A stretch of DNA of 36,069 bases, from IMG/VR virus record IMGVR_UViG_3300032216_000179, positions 1-36,069 of that record; one strand, given 5' to 3'. This document shows, in pieces, positions 15,729-24,192 of the stretch (position 1 is its first letter; each line of letters opens with the position of its first letter). Under the pieces are notes generated by a model. It did no database searches. It worked only from the letters and a program-made list of their open reading frames with translations, and was not told the origin of the DNA. This DNA is from a virus. Taxonomy: Duplodnaviria; Caudoviricetes. A program made the position numbers and the translations under genes.

Positions 15729-17804
15729 ATGGCAGAAGATAGCATTCAACAAAGTGACAACGATCCACGCATAGCAGATGCGATTAAATTCCTACAGTTT
15801 GCCAACGAAGCAGACCAAAACAATAGATCAGAAGCTTTAGAAGATTTAAAGTTTGCCGCAGGTGACCAATGGCCTGTTGAAATTCAAAACAGCCGAGTAT
15901 TAGAAGCTCGCCCATGTCTAACAGTAAACAAAGTTGACGCTTATTGCCGTCAAATCACTAATCAGATGCGCCAACAAAGACCACGCATTAAAGTGCATGG
16001 CATGAATAACGAATCAGACGCAAGAATGGCAGAAATCCTACAAGGTATATGCCGTCACGTTGAAACACAATCAGACGCAGATCAAGCTTATGACAAAGCA
16101 GGTGACTTTGCAGTAAGAATGGGTTGGGGATATTGGCGTGTTACTACAGATTATGTTCGTGACGATTCATTCGATCAAGAAATCTACATCAGAGCTATTG
16201 ATAATCCTTTCACAGTTTACTTTGACCCTAATTCTGTTATGCCTGATGGATCAGACGCAGAAACAGTTTTAATTACTACAGTCGTATCAAAAGACAACTT
16301 CCGTAAAATGTATCCTAAAGCCGAAACTGAACAAGGTTTTACAATGCGTGGCACAGGTGACACTAATCCTGAATGGGTTATGAAAGAAGATATTAGAATT
16401 GCAGAATACTTTTACACAGAACGCAAAGCTATTAAAGTTCATTTACTATCAGACGGCTCAAGCGTTAAATCAACCGACTTACCTTCACAAGATATATTAG
16501 ACGCAGCAGGCATTACTATTGTTGAATCTCGTGATTCGTTTGAGAAGAAAATTAAAGTATGCAAATTAACCGCTATGGAAGTATTAGAAGAAGGCGAATG
16601 GGCAGGTAAATATATTCCTATTGTTCCTGTGTTTGGTCAAGAAACTGTAGTCGAGAACAAGAAGAAGAAGTTTGGTATTGTTCGTATGGCTAAAGACCCA
16701 CAAAGAATGTATAACTTTTGGCAAACTTCACTTACCGAATCAGTTGCATTAGCACCAAAAGCTAAATGGCTATTGGCTGAAGGCCAAGATGAAGGCCACG
16801 AAAATGAATGGGCTATGGCTAACATTAAATCTATGCCTGTTTTGCGTTATAAGCAAAAAGACATTGATGGCAACCCAGCTCCAGCACCACAAAGATTACA
16901 ACCTGAACCTCCTCCAGCTGGCATTATGGCCGCAGCTCAATCTATGACTACTGACTTAATGCAAGTAGTAGGTATATTTGATCCAGCTCAACTACCACAA
17001 GGCAATGTTTCAGGCAAAGCATTACAAGGTCAACAACAACAAGTTGATATGACTAATTTCCATTACTATGACAACTTAACTCGTTCTATCCGTCAAACAG
17101 GTCGAATCATCCTTGATCTAGTTCCAAAGATATATGATAGAGAAAGAGTATTAAGAATTATTGGTGACGATGGCAAGCCTGAAATTTTAACTATTAATCA
17201 ATATGGCCAAGACGAAGAAGGTATTAGTAAGATTCTTAATGATGTAACCGTAGGTGAATATGATGTTGTTATGGATACAGGCCCAGGCTACAACTCTAAA
17301 CGTCAAGAAGCAGTTGAATCTATGATGGCTTTATTTGCAGCTGATCCTAGTTTAATCCAACAAGCAGGTGATCTATTGGTAAGAAACATGGACTTCCCAG
17401 GCGCAGAAACGATTGCTGATAGGTTAGCAGTTAATAACCCATTAGCTAAAGTTGATGATAAGTCTAAAGTGCCACCAAGAATTCAAATGCAACTCCAACA
17501 ACTCCAAGCACAAAACCAACAATCACAACAAGCTATTCAACAGCTTCAAATGGTTATCCAACAACGTCAAGACATTGAAGGAGTTAAACAAGATGCAGAA
17601 ACTAAACGTAAACTTATGGATGTCACAGCTAAAGCTCACGATAGTGAATTGCGTGAACAAACTAGCAAGCGTAATACAGACACTGATAACGACACTAAAA
17701 TCCAAATTGAGCAACTTAAAGCGCAAATAGCGCTTATACTAGCTAATATGGATCACCAACAAGCACATTTAGCTAATCAAGAAACAACAGAAAGGGCAAT
17801 ATAA
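15729..17804 (+). CDS. P22-like portal protein
   Basis: GDQWP, RPCLTVN, KDPQRMYN.W, GEYDVVMDTGP.YNSKRQE; Gln-rich C-terminal coiled coil. Confidence 0.93.
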   Translation: MAEDSIQQSDNDPRIADAIKFLQFANEADQNNRSEALEDLKFAAGDQWPVEIQNSRVLEARPCLTVNKVDAYCRQITNQMRQQRPRIKVHGMNNESDARMAEILQGICRHVETQSDADQAYDKAGDFAVRMGWGYWRVTTDYVRDDSFDQEIYIRAIDNPFTVYFDPNSVMPDGSDAETVLITTVVSKDNFRKMYPKAETEQGFTMRGTGDTNPEWVMKEDIRIAEYFYTERKAIKVHLLSDGSSVKSTDLPSQDILDAAGITIVESRDSFEKKIKVCKLTAMEVLEEGEWAGKYIPIVPVFGQETVVENKKKKFGIVRMAKDPQRMYNFWQTSLTESVALAPKAKWLLAEGQDEGHENEWAMANIKSMPVLRYKQKDIDGNPAPAPQRLQPEPPPAGIMAAAQSMTTDLMQVVGIFDPAQLPQGNVSGKALQGQQQQVDMTNFHYYDNLTRSIRQTGRIILDLVPKIYDRERVLRIIGDDGKPEILTINQYGQDEEGISKILNDVTVGEYDVVMDTGPGYNSKRQEAVESMMALFAADPSLIQQAGDLLVRNMDFPGAETIADRLAVNNPLAKVDDKSKVPPRIQMQLQQLQAQNQQSQQAIQQLQMVIQQRQDIEGVKQDAETKRKLMDVTAKAHDSELREQTSKRNTDTDNDTKIQIEQLKAQIALILANMDHQQAHLANQETTERAI

Positions 17805-18070
17805 TGGCACTCGTAACCAGCAAAACCAAAGCAATGCACGATAAGAAACACATGGAAATGCAATCAGGCAAATCTACAGAACAAACTAACTCTGGTGAAT
17901 TAGCAGATCAAGCTTATGCTTTATCAGCGCAAAAGTTTCCTTCAGGCGATGCTATGAAAGCCCATGCTGTAGCAGCTGAATCTTATTTAAAAGAAGGTCA
18001 GCACGAATTAGCTACTAGACATAGAGAGCTATCACATAAACACTTTCTAGGTTTAGCAAAGAACGATTGA
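17804..18070 (+). CDS. Hypothetical His-rich protein
   Basis: TAATG coupling to the portal stop. Confidence 0.65.
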   Translation: MALVTSKTKAMHDKKHMEMQSGKSTEQTNSGELADQAYALSAQKFPSGDAMKAHAVAAESYLKEGQHELATRHRELSHKHFLGLAKND

Positions 18071-18095
18071 TTATTAAGTAGTTTTATAGTATAAA
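18067..18095 (+). promoter_or_regulatory. Sigma70-like promoter upstream of scaffold/coat
   Basis: TTGATT-N17-TATAAA. Confidence 0.6.
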
Positions 18096-18143
18096 GCAAC
18101 AATCTACCAATGGAATCATTGGGTAAAAATCTTGGAGTCATCC

Positions 18144-19070
18144 ATGTCAGAAAAAGAAGCAGGAAGTGTAGTAACTTCTGCCAACGCAGAAGAGTTTTAT
18201 GCAAACAGATTGGGTTTAGCTGAAGAAGCACCTGTTGAGGCTGTAGAAGAAAAATCCGCAGAGCCAACAGAGGAAGCAAACGATCAGAGTGAACAGCCAA
18301 CTGAAGAAATAGAAACAAAAGCAACAGAAGAGAAGAAACAAAACCCCAAGCTTGAGAAAAGATTTTCAGAACTAACAAAGCAACGTGAAGAAGCTCGCAA
18401 AGAAGCGGCTAAAGAACGTGAAGCTCGTGAGTCTTTAGAAAGTCGTATTAAAGAGCTAGAAGGAAGAGCTGAACCGAAACCTGTAGAGGAAAACGTTAAG
18501 CCTTCGCCAAGTCAGTTTAATGACGCGTTTGAATACGCTGAAGCATTAGCTGAATGGTCGGCAGAAAATGCCCTTTTGAATAGAGATAAAGCCGAAGCTG
18601 AAAGAAAAATTCAAGATGAACGACAACAAGTCATTAAATCTTGGAATGATCGATTAGTTAATGTTAAGGCGGATTTACCTGATTATGATGAAATGATTGC
18701 CTCTGCATCCGACATAACTGTCAACGATGCTATTAGAGATGCAATGTTAGAGTCTGAACAAGGCCCTAGAATACTTTATCATTTAGCAGAAAATCCTGAG
18801 CTAGCAGAAAAGCTAAATACTTTATCAACAGTGAGCGCCCTTCGAGAAATTGGAAAGTTGGAAGCAAAGTTTGAGGCTAGTGAAACACCTAAAGATGCCA
18901 AGACTGACGCTGAAACTAAACCTTCTATTGCACGCAGCAAAGCACCTGCACCAATTAGTCCTATAAAGACGAGTTCAGCAGTTGCCGATGTTGGAGTAGG
19001 TTCTGATGGTGAATTCCATGGCACTTACCAACAATGGCGTGAATCTCGTAAAGCAGGAAAAATTAGGTAG
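18144..19070 (+). CDS. Scaffolding protein
   Basis: Acidic and helical, lies between portal and coat; KAPAPISPI and basic C-terminus; GGAG RBS before ATG 18144. Confidence 0.88.
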   Translation: MSEKEAGSVVTSANAEEFYANRLGLAEEAPVEAVEEKSAEPTEEANDQSEQPTEEIETKATEEKKQNPKLEKRFSELTKQREEARKEAAKEREARESLESRIKELEGRAEPKPVEENVKPSPSQFNDAFEYAEALAEWSAENALLNRDKAEAERKIQDERQQVIKSWNDRLVNVKADLPDYDEMIASASDITVNDAIRDAMLESEQGPRILYHLAENPELAEKLNTLSTVSALREIGKLEAKFEASETPKDAKTDAETKPSIARSKAPAPISPIKTSSAVADVGVGSDGEFHGTYQQWRESRKAGKIR

Positions 19071-19103
19071 CAGGATATTAAACTCTTAAAATAAGGAAAT
19101 ATC

Positions 19104-20345
19104 ATGGCTAATAATTTACTAACCATTAGCAAGATCACCAACGAAGCGTTGATGGTTTTGGAAAATGAATTAACATTTACTTCAGAAGTTGATCGTAACT
19201 ACGATGACCAATTTGCTGTTGTAGGTGCAAAAATTGGTAACACTGTAAACGTTCGTAGACCTGGTCGTTTCATCGGAACAACAGGCCCAGCATTAAACGT
19301 TGAAGATTTCAATGAAACTTCAGTCCCTGTTACTTTATCAACACAATTTCACGTTGACACACAGTTTACAACTCAAGACCTAGCATTATCTTTAGATATG
19401 TTTAGCGACAGAGTTCTTAAACCAGCTGTTGCAGCGATTGCAAATAAGATTGATCGTGACGGTCTTACAACTGCTAAAAACAACACAGCAAACATTGTGG
19501 GTTCAGCAGGCGTAGCTCCTACAGGTTTAATCACTTACTTATCAGGCCAAGCATATCTTGATTCTGAAGGCGCTCCTAGAGATGGCCGTAGATCATGTAT
19601 CGTTGAGCCATTTACATCAGCAACTATTGTTGACAGCTTAAAAGGTCTTTTCAATCCTACAGCTGCTGTTTCTGCTCAATACACTAAAGGTTTAATGGGT
19701 CGTGATTCAGGTGGTATGAATTGGAAATTAGATCAAAACGTTGTTTCACAAACTTTTGGTTCTTATGCAACTGCTACATTAGCTTGTGCTACTACAACAG
19801 CTACAGGTTTCTTAACAAGTGGTTGGGCTTCAACTTCAACTATTGCTTTAACAGCTACTACAGCTACAGCAGGTTTGAAACAAGGTGACGTGATTACTAT
19901 TGCAAACGTTTATGCAGTTAATCCACAAAATCGTCAATCTTACGGCAAACTTCGTAACTTTGTTGTTACTGCTGACGTTACTGTTGCTACTTCAGGCACA
20001 ACTTCTGTAACTGTATCACCTGCTGTTATTTCAGGCGGTCAGTTCCAAAACGTGTCTATCTTATCAACTTCTGCAACTGCTGCTGTTACACCATTCAACA
20101 ACACAGGCGTTGTTTCACCACAAAATATCATTATGCACAGAAATGCGTTTACATTAGCAGTAGCTGATCTTGAGCTACCTGACGGTGTTCACTTCGCTGG
20201 TCGTGCATCTGATAAAGAAATTGGTTTATCAATGCGTGTTGTTCGTCAATACACAATCAACAACGATAGTATTCCTACTCGTTTAGACGTATTGTATGGT
20301 TGGGCGCCGCTCTACCCAGAGTTAGCTTGCCGCGTAGCAGCTTAA
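19104..20345 (+). CDS. Major capsid protein (P22 coat family)
   Basis: MANNLLT, KIGNTVNVRRP, PAVAAIANKID, RLDVLYGWAPLYPELACR. Confidence 0.93.
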   Translation: MANNLLTISKITNEALMVLENELTFTSEVDRNYDDQFAVVGAKIGNTVNVRRPGRFIGTTGPALNVEDFNETSVPVTLSTQFHVDTQFTTQDLALSLDMFSDRVLKPAVAAIANKIDRDGLTTAKNNTANIVGSAGVAPTGLITYLSGQAYLDSEGAPRDGRRSCIVEPFTSATIVDSLKGLFNPTAAVSAQYTKGLMGRDSGGMNWKLDQNVVSQTFGSYATATLACATTTATGFLTSGWASTSTIALTATTATAGLKQGDVITIANVYAVNPQNRQSYGKLRNFVVTADVTVATSGTTSVTVSPAVISGGQFQNVSILSTSATAAVTPFNNTGVVSPQNIIMHRNAFTLAVADLELPDGVHFAGRASDKEIGLSMRVVRQYTINNDSIPTRLDVLYGWAPLYPELACRVAA

Positions 20346-20354
20346 TGTAACGGT

Positions 20355-20380
20355 GAAGGGGCGTAAAAACCCCTTCTATT
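20355..20380 (+). terminator. Hairpin after the coat gene (weak U-tract, probably leaky)
   Basis: GAAGGGG-8 nt-CCCCTTC then TATT. Confidence 0.65.
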
Positions 20381-20403
20381 AACTAAACAAAAAGGAAAAT
20401 ATT

Positions 20404-20829
20404 ATGGCTACTTCAAATCCAGGCCCAGCAATAACCCAAGGTGGACACCCACAAGTATTAGCTACTAATCAAGCATTAAGATTGTTAGCAGTTGCTACAG
20501 GTGTAAACGCTAATGCAACAGGTGATACAGTTTTACCTATCATCGATTCATCTTCATACTCTGTTAAATTTGTTGTTGCAACTAATGCTTCAGTAAGTTT
20601 AAGTTCAGCTGCCGCAGGTGTATTTACTGCACCGTCAGCAGGTGGAACAGCAATTGTGTCTAATGCAGCTTTATCTGCATTAACAGGCTCAACTGTTGTA
20701 TCAGAAAGAACTGTTGCTTCTACAGCTGCTCAAACAGGTCAAAACTTATATGTAAACGTTGGAACTGCACAAGGTGCGGCTGCAACATTCGACATTTATG
20801 TTTATGGCTATGATTTCACAGCTCTATAA
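20404..20829 (+). CDS. Putative capsid decoration/virion protein
   Basis: Ala/Thr/Val-rich beta composition; directly after coat. Confidence 0.6.
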   Translation: MATSNPGPAITQGGHPQVLATNQALRLLAVATGVNANATGDTVLPIIDSSSYSVKFVVATNASVSLSSAAAGVFTAPSAGGTAIVSNAALSALTGSTVVSERTVASTAAQTGQNLYVNVGTAQGAAATFDIYVYGYDFTAL

Positions 20830-20850
20830 GCATTAAAGTAATAAGAGAAG

Positions 20851-20879
20851 AAGCCATTAAATTTCTAATGGCTTTTTTT
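20851..20879 (+). terminator. Rho-independent terminator
   Basis: AAGCCATTA-6 nt-TAATGGCTT followed by a T-run. Confidence 0.8.
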
Positions 20880-20937
20880 CCATGTATAGTATAATTAACC
20901 ATATCTAGTTTCTAGATTTCTTTGCAAAGGAAAAATC

Positions 20938-21261
20938 ATGTCAAAAACAACTATTAGTCGTGGCAATGTATTAGCGCACACGATTGTTCAACTCACATTA
21001 CCAAGCACGACATTCTCTACAACATCAACTGAAGTTACTCTTACTGTTCCTGGCGTTAAATCAACAGATAAAATTCAAGCTCAAGTTGATGCTGCAATGA
21101 CTGTTGGTGTTGGTATAGGTAACGTTTACACAAACGCTGATAATACAGTTATTGTTCGTTTACTTAACTTAACAGGCGCATCAGTAACGCAAGCAGCCGC
21201 AACATTATTGTTAAGTGTTAAATCTTGTGAAGATAGCCCTATTCCTGCAACTGTTTTATAA
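20938..21261 (+). CDS. Putative virion structural protein
   Basis: Beta-rich; AAGGA RBS. Confidence 0.6.
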   Translation: MSKTTISRGNVLAHTIVQLTLPSTTFSTTSTEVTLTVPGVKSTDKIQAQVDAAMTVGVGIGNVYTNADNTVIVRLLNLTGASVTQAAATLLLSVKSCEDSPIPATVL

Positions 21262-21270
21262 GGAAAAATC

Positions 21271-21615
21271 ATGGCTAATACCACAGTTTTTAAAGCAGCA
21301 GGTAAAACATCAGTTATTGCTGTTACAGCTACATCATCAACCTCGATTACTATTAGCCCTAATACTAACGACCAAGTTAATTTTGCTACATTTTTAAATG
21401 TTGGCGCTAAAGCTTGTGCTGTTAATGTATCTAGTTTAGCTACTGCTCCAGCTGCGGTATTTCCAACAGCAGGCACTCCAGGTGATTTTGTATTGCCAGC
21501 AAGTATGACATATCCTATTACTTTAGTAATTCCGCCAGCTCCATTTCAAATTACTGCAATTTGTGGCGGTAGCGATACAACTACGCTGTATGTAACCCCT
21601 GTTGGCGATCAATAA
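21271..21615 (+). CDS. Putative virion structural protein
   Basis: Beta-rich, ends TLYVTPVG; AAGGA RBS. Confidence 0.6.
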   Translation: MANTTVFKAAGKTSVIAVTATSSTSITISPNTNDQVNFATFLNVGAKACAVNVSSLATAPAAVFPTAGTPGDFVLPASMTYPITLVIPPAPFQITAICGGSDTTTLYVTPVGDQ

Positions 21616-21630
21616 TATTAAGGAAATAAA

Positions 21631-24192
21631 ATGACTAGTCCTGCTCAATCAGCGGTTCAAAACTTATTGCCTGTTCAGGCATATTTTGACGCACAAGATA
21701 ATTTTGTAACGTTTATTGGGCAGAACAAGCCATTCTACGCAACAGCAAATCCTAGTCAGTCAAATGTAAACATCACAAACAGCACGATCAATAGCACGAC
21801 TATTGGTGCGACTACGCCCTCAACAGGTGTATTTACTGATATACAGACTACAACAGGCTCAATTACAACAACTCCTTCTGCGGCTACTGATATTGCTAAT
21901 AAACAATATGTAGATTACGCATTATTAGGTCTTTCATGGAAAGAACCAGCTAAAGCCGCTACAACAGTAAACATTACTCGTTCAGGCGCACAAACAATTG
22001 ATACTGTTTCAGTTGTTGCAGGTGACATAGTTTTAGTTAAAAACCAAACAAATCTTGCAGAAAATGGTATTTATCAAGTTCAAACAGGTGCATGGACTTA
22101 CGCTATTGGTTCTACAACATGGGCGCAATATGTAGGTGCGGTTATCTATATTGTAGGTGGTAGTCAAGCGACTGCTGCATTCTATACAACTGCTCAACCA
22201 GGTGGCACATTAGGCACAACTGCCATGAATTGGTATAACTTATCATTCTCATCAAGCTACACCGCAGGCACAGGCCTTACTTTAGTAGGCACACAATTTA
22301 GTATTACAAACACAGGCGTTACAGCTGCTTCAGTAGGTTCTGCAAGCAAAACTTTAACGGCCACAGTTAATGCACAAGGTCAATTAACAGCTTTAGCCGA
22401 TACAAACATAGCTATTGCAGGATCACAAATTACATCAGGAACTATTGGTTCAGCATACCTCACAGGCTCTTATACAGGCATCACAGGCGTTGGAACACTA
22501 ACGGCTGGCACTTGGACTGCTTCAACTATTGGCGTGGCTTACGGTGGCACAGGTGCAACAACATTGACAGGTTATGTCAAAGGTAGCGGAACGGCTGCTT
22601 TAACTGCATCAGCTTTAATTCCTACAACAGATTTAAGCGGAACAATTACAAACGCTCAATTAACTAACAGTTCTGTAACTATTAATGGAACTTCTATTAG
22701 TTTAGGCGGATCAGCTACAATTACTGCTAATAATCCTTTTGCGCTTACTATTGGATCAGGTTTAAGTGGCACAAGTTATAACGGATCAGCTGCGGTTACC
22801 ATTGCAATTGATTCAACAGTAGCTACATTGTCAGGCACACAAACACTAACTAATAAATCAATTAGCGGATCAACTAATACTTTAACTAATATCCCTAATA
22901 CTGCATTAACTAACTCATCTATTACTTTTGGCGCAACTGCGGTAAGTTTAGGTGCAACAGTTTCAGGTTTTAACGCTGTATCTATCGGTGCAACAACAGC
23001 TTCAACAGGTGCGTTTACTTATATATCAACAAGTAGTTCTACTAGCACAACACCTGTATTAAGTTTTAATGCTTCTAACTCACCTTATGCAGCTGGCGCA
23101 ACTATTTCAGGTAGTTATTTACAACATTTATTACAAAACAAGTCAGGAACTGCTGGCGCTTCTACAAACTATGTATTAAGTAACGATTTAGGCACAGACT
23201 CAACTTATTATGGTGAGTTTGGTATGAATTCATCTGTATTTACTGCTTCAGGCACTTTTGCAGATTTCTATTCTATTAATAACGGTATTTACTTTTCAGG
23301 TCACGATGGTGACATGAGCGTTGGATCAGGTAACGGATATAAATTATATTTAACATGGGGAACATTAGGCCAATCAGCTCACGTTATTAACGCATCAGGT
23401 GCTATTGGACTATCAACTAATTTAGGAACAACTGCTGCAACTACAGGAACATCAGGATTTGGCACAAGTGGCCAAGTATTAACTTCTGCTGGTTCTGCTG
23501 CTGCACCTACATGGACTACAATTACTTCAGGTGTAAGTATTACAGACGATACAACAACGGCTGCGGTTCGTTATCCATTATTTACCTCTGTTACCACAGG
23601 AAGCATTACAACTGAATATGTAAGTTCTACTAAATTCCAATTTAACCCAAGCACAGGCGTATTAACTTCAACTTCGTTTGCAGGCGCAGCTACAGGATTG
23701 ACAGGCACAGCATCTATTAACATTAACGGAACTGTAGGCGCTACAACGCCAAGCACAGGCGCATTTACAACATTATCTGCATCTAGCACAGTATCAGGCA
23801 CAGGATTTAGCACATATTTAGCTTCACCGCCTGCAATTGGTGGCACAGCACCAAGCTCAATTAAAGTAACTTATGGTTATTCACCTAACTTAACATTAAC
23901 AGACGCAGCAACTATTGCATGGGATACATCTTTAGGCCAAGTGGCTACATTTACTTTTGTATCAACAAATAGAACAGTGGGCGCACCAACTAATTTAGTT
24001 AATGGTGGATTCTATGGACTAGCAGTTATTCAAAATTCAGGTAGTAATACTTTAACTTGGAACGCTGTGTTTAAATGGACAGGTGGCGTTGCACCAACGC
24101 TTTCAACTGCTGCATCAGCTAAAGATTACTTTGTATTTAGATCAGACGGCACAAACCTATACGAACAAGGTCGCTCATTGGGAGTTGCTTAA
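21631..24192 (+). CDS. Long fibre protein
   Basis: Thr/Gly/Ser-rich; ANKQYVD and VLVKNQT...ENGIY motifs; internal repeats IGATTPSTGAFT and LTNSSITxxxTxxSLG; C-terminal adaptor-like domain. Confidence 0.8.
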   Translation: MTSPAQSAVQNLLPVQAYFDAQDNFVTFIGQNKPFYATANPSQSNVNITNSTINSTTIGATTPSTGVFTDIQTTTGSITTTPSAATDIANKQYVDYALLGLSWKEPAKAATTVNITRSGAQTIDTVSVVAGDIVLVKNQTNLAENGIYQVQTGAWTYAIGSTTWAQYVGAVIYIVGGSQATAAFYTTAQPGGTLGTTAMNWYNLSFSSSYTAGTGLTLVGTQFSITNTGVTAASVGSASKTLTATVNAQGQLTALADTNIAIAGSQITSGTIGSAYLTGSYTGITGVGTLTAGTWTASTIGVAYGGTGATTLTGYVKGSGTAALTASALIPTTDLSGTITNAQLTNSSVTINGTSISLGGSATITANNPFALTIGSGLSGTSYNGSAAVTIAIDSTVATLSGTQTLTNKSISGSTNTLTNIPNTALTNSSITFGATAVSLGATVSGFNAVSIGATTASTGAFTYISTSSSTSTTPVLSFNASNSPYAAGATISGSYLQHLLQNKSGTAGASTNYVLSNDLGTDSTYYGEFGMNSSVFTASGTFADFYSINNGIYFSGHDGDMSVGSGNGYKLYLTWGTLGQSAHVINASGAIGLSTNLGTTAATTGTSGFGTSGQVLTSAGSAAAPTWTTITSGVSITDDTTTAAVRYPLFTSVTTGSITTEYVSSTKFQFNPSTGVLTSTSFAGAATGLTGTASININGTVGATTPSTGAFTTLSASSTVSGTGFSTYLASPPAIGGTAPSSIKVTYGYSPNLTLTDAATIAWDTSLGQVATFTFVSTNRTVGAPTNLVNGGFYGLAVIQNSGSNTLTWNAVFKWTGGVAPTLSTAASAKDYFVFRSDGTNLYEQGRSLGVA

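Noticed and set aside
17452-17730. Alternative-frame ORFs in the portal 3' end
   Set aside because: Explained by CAA-rich Gln codons; no RBS or recognisable motif, unlike the MTase overlap
21631-24192. Repeats in the fibre as DGR template/variable repeats or invertible segments
   Set aside because: The repeats are protein-level and degenerate; no reverse transcriptase or invertase is present
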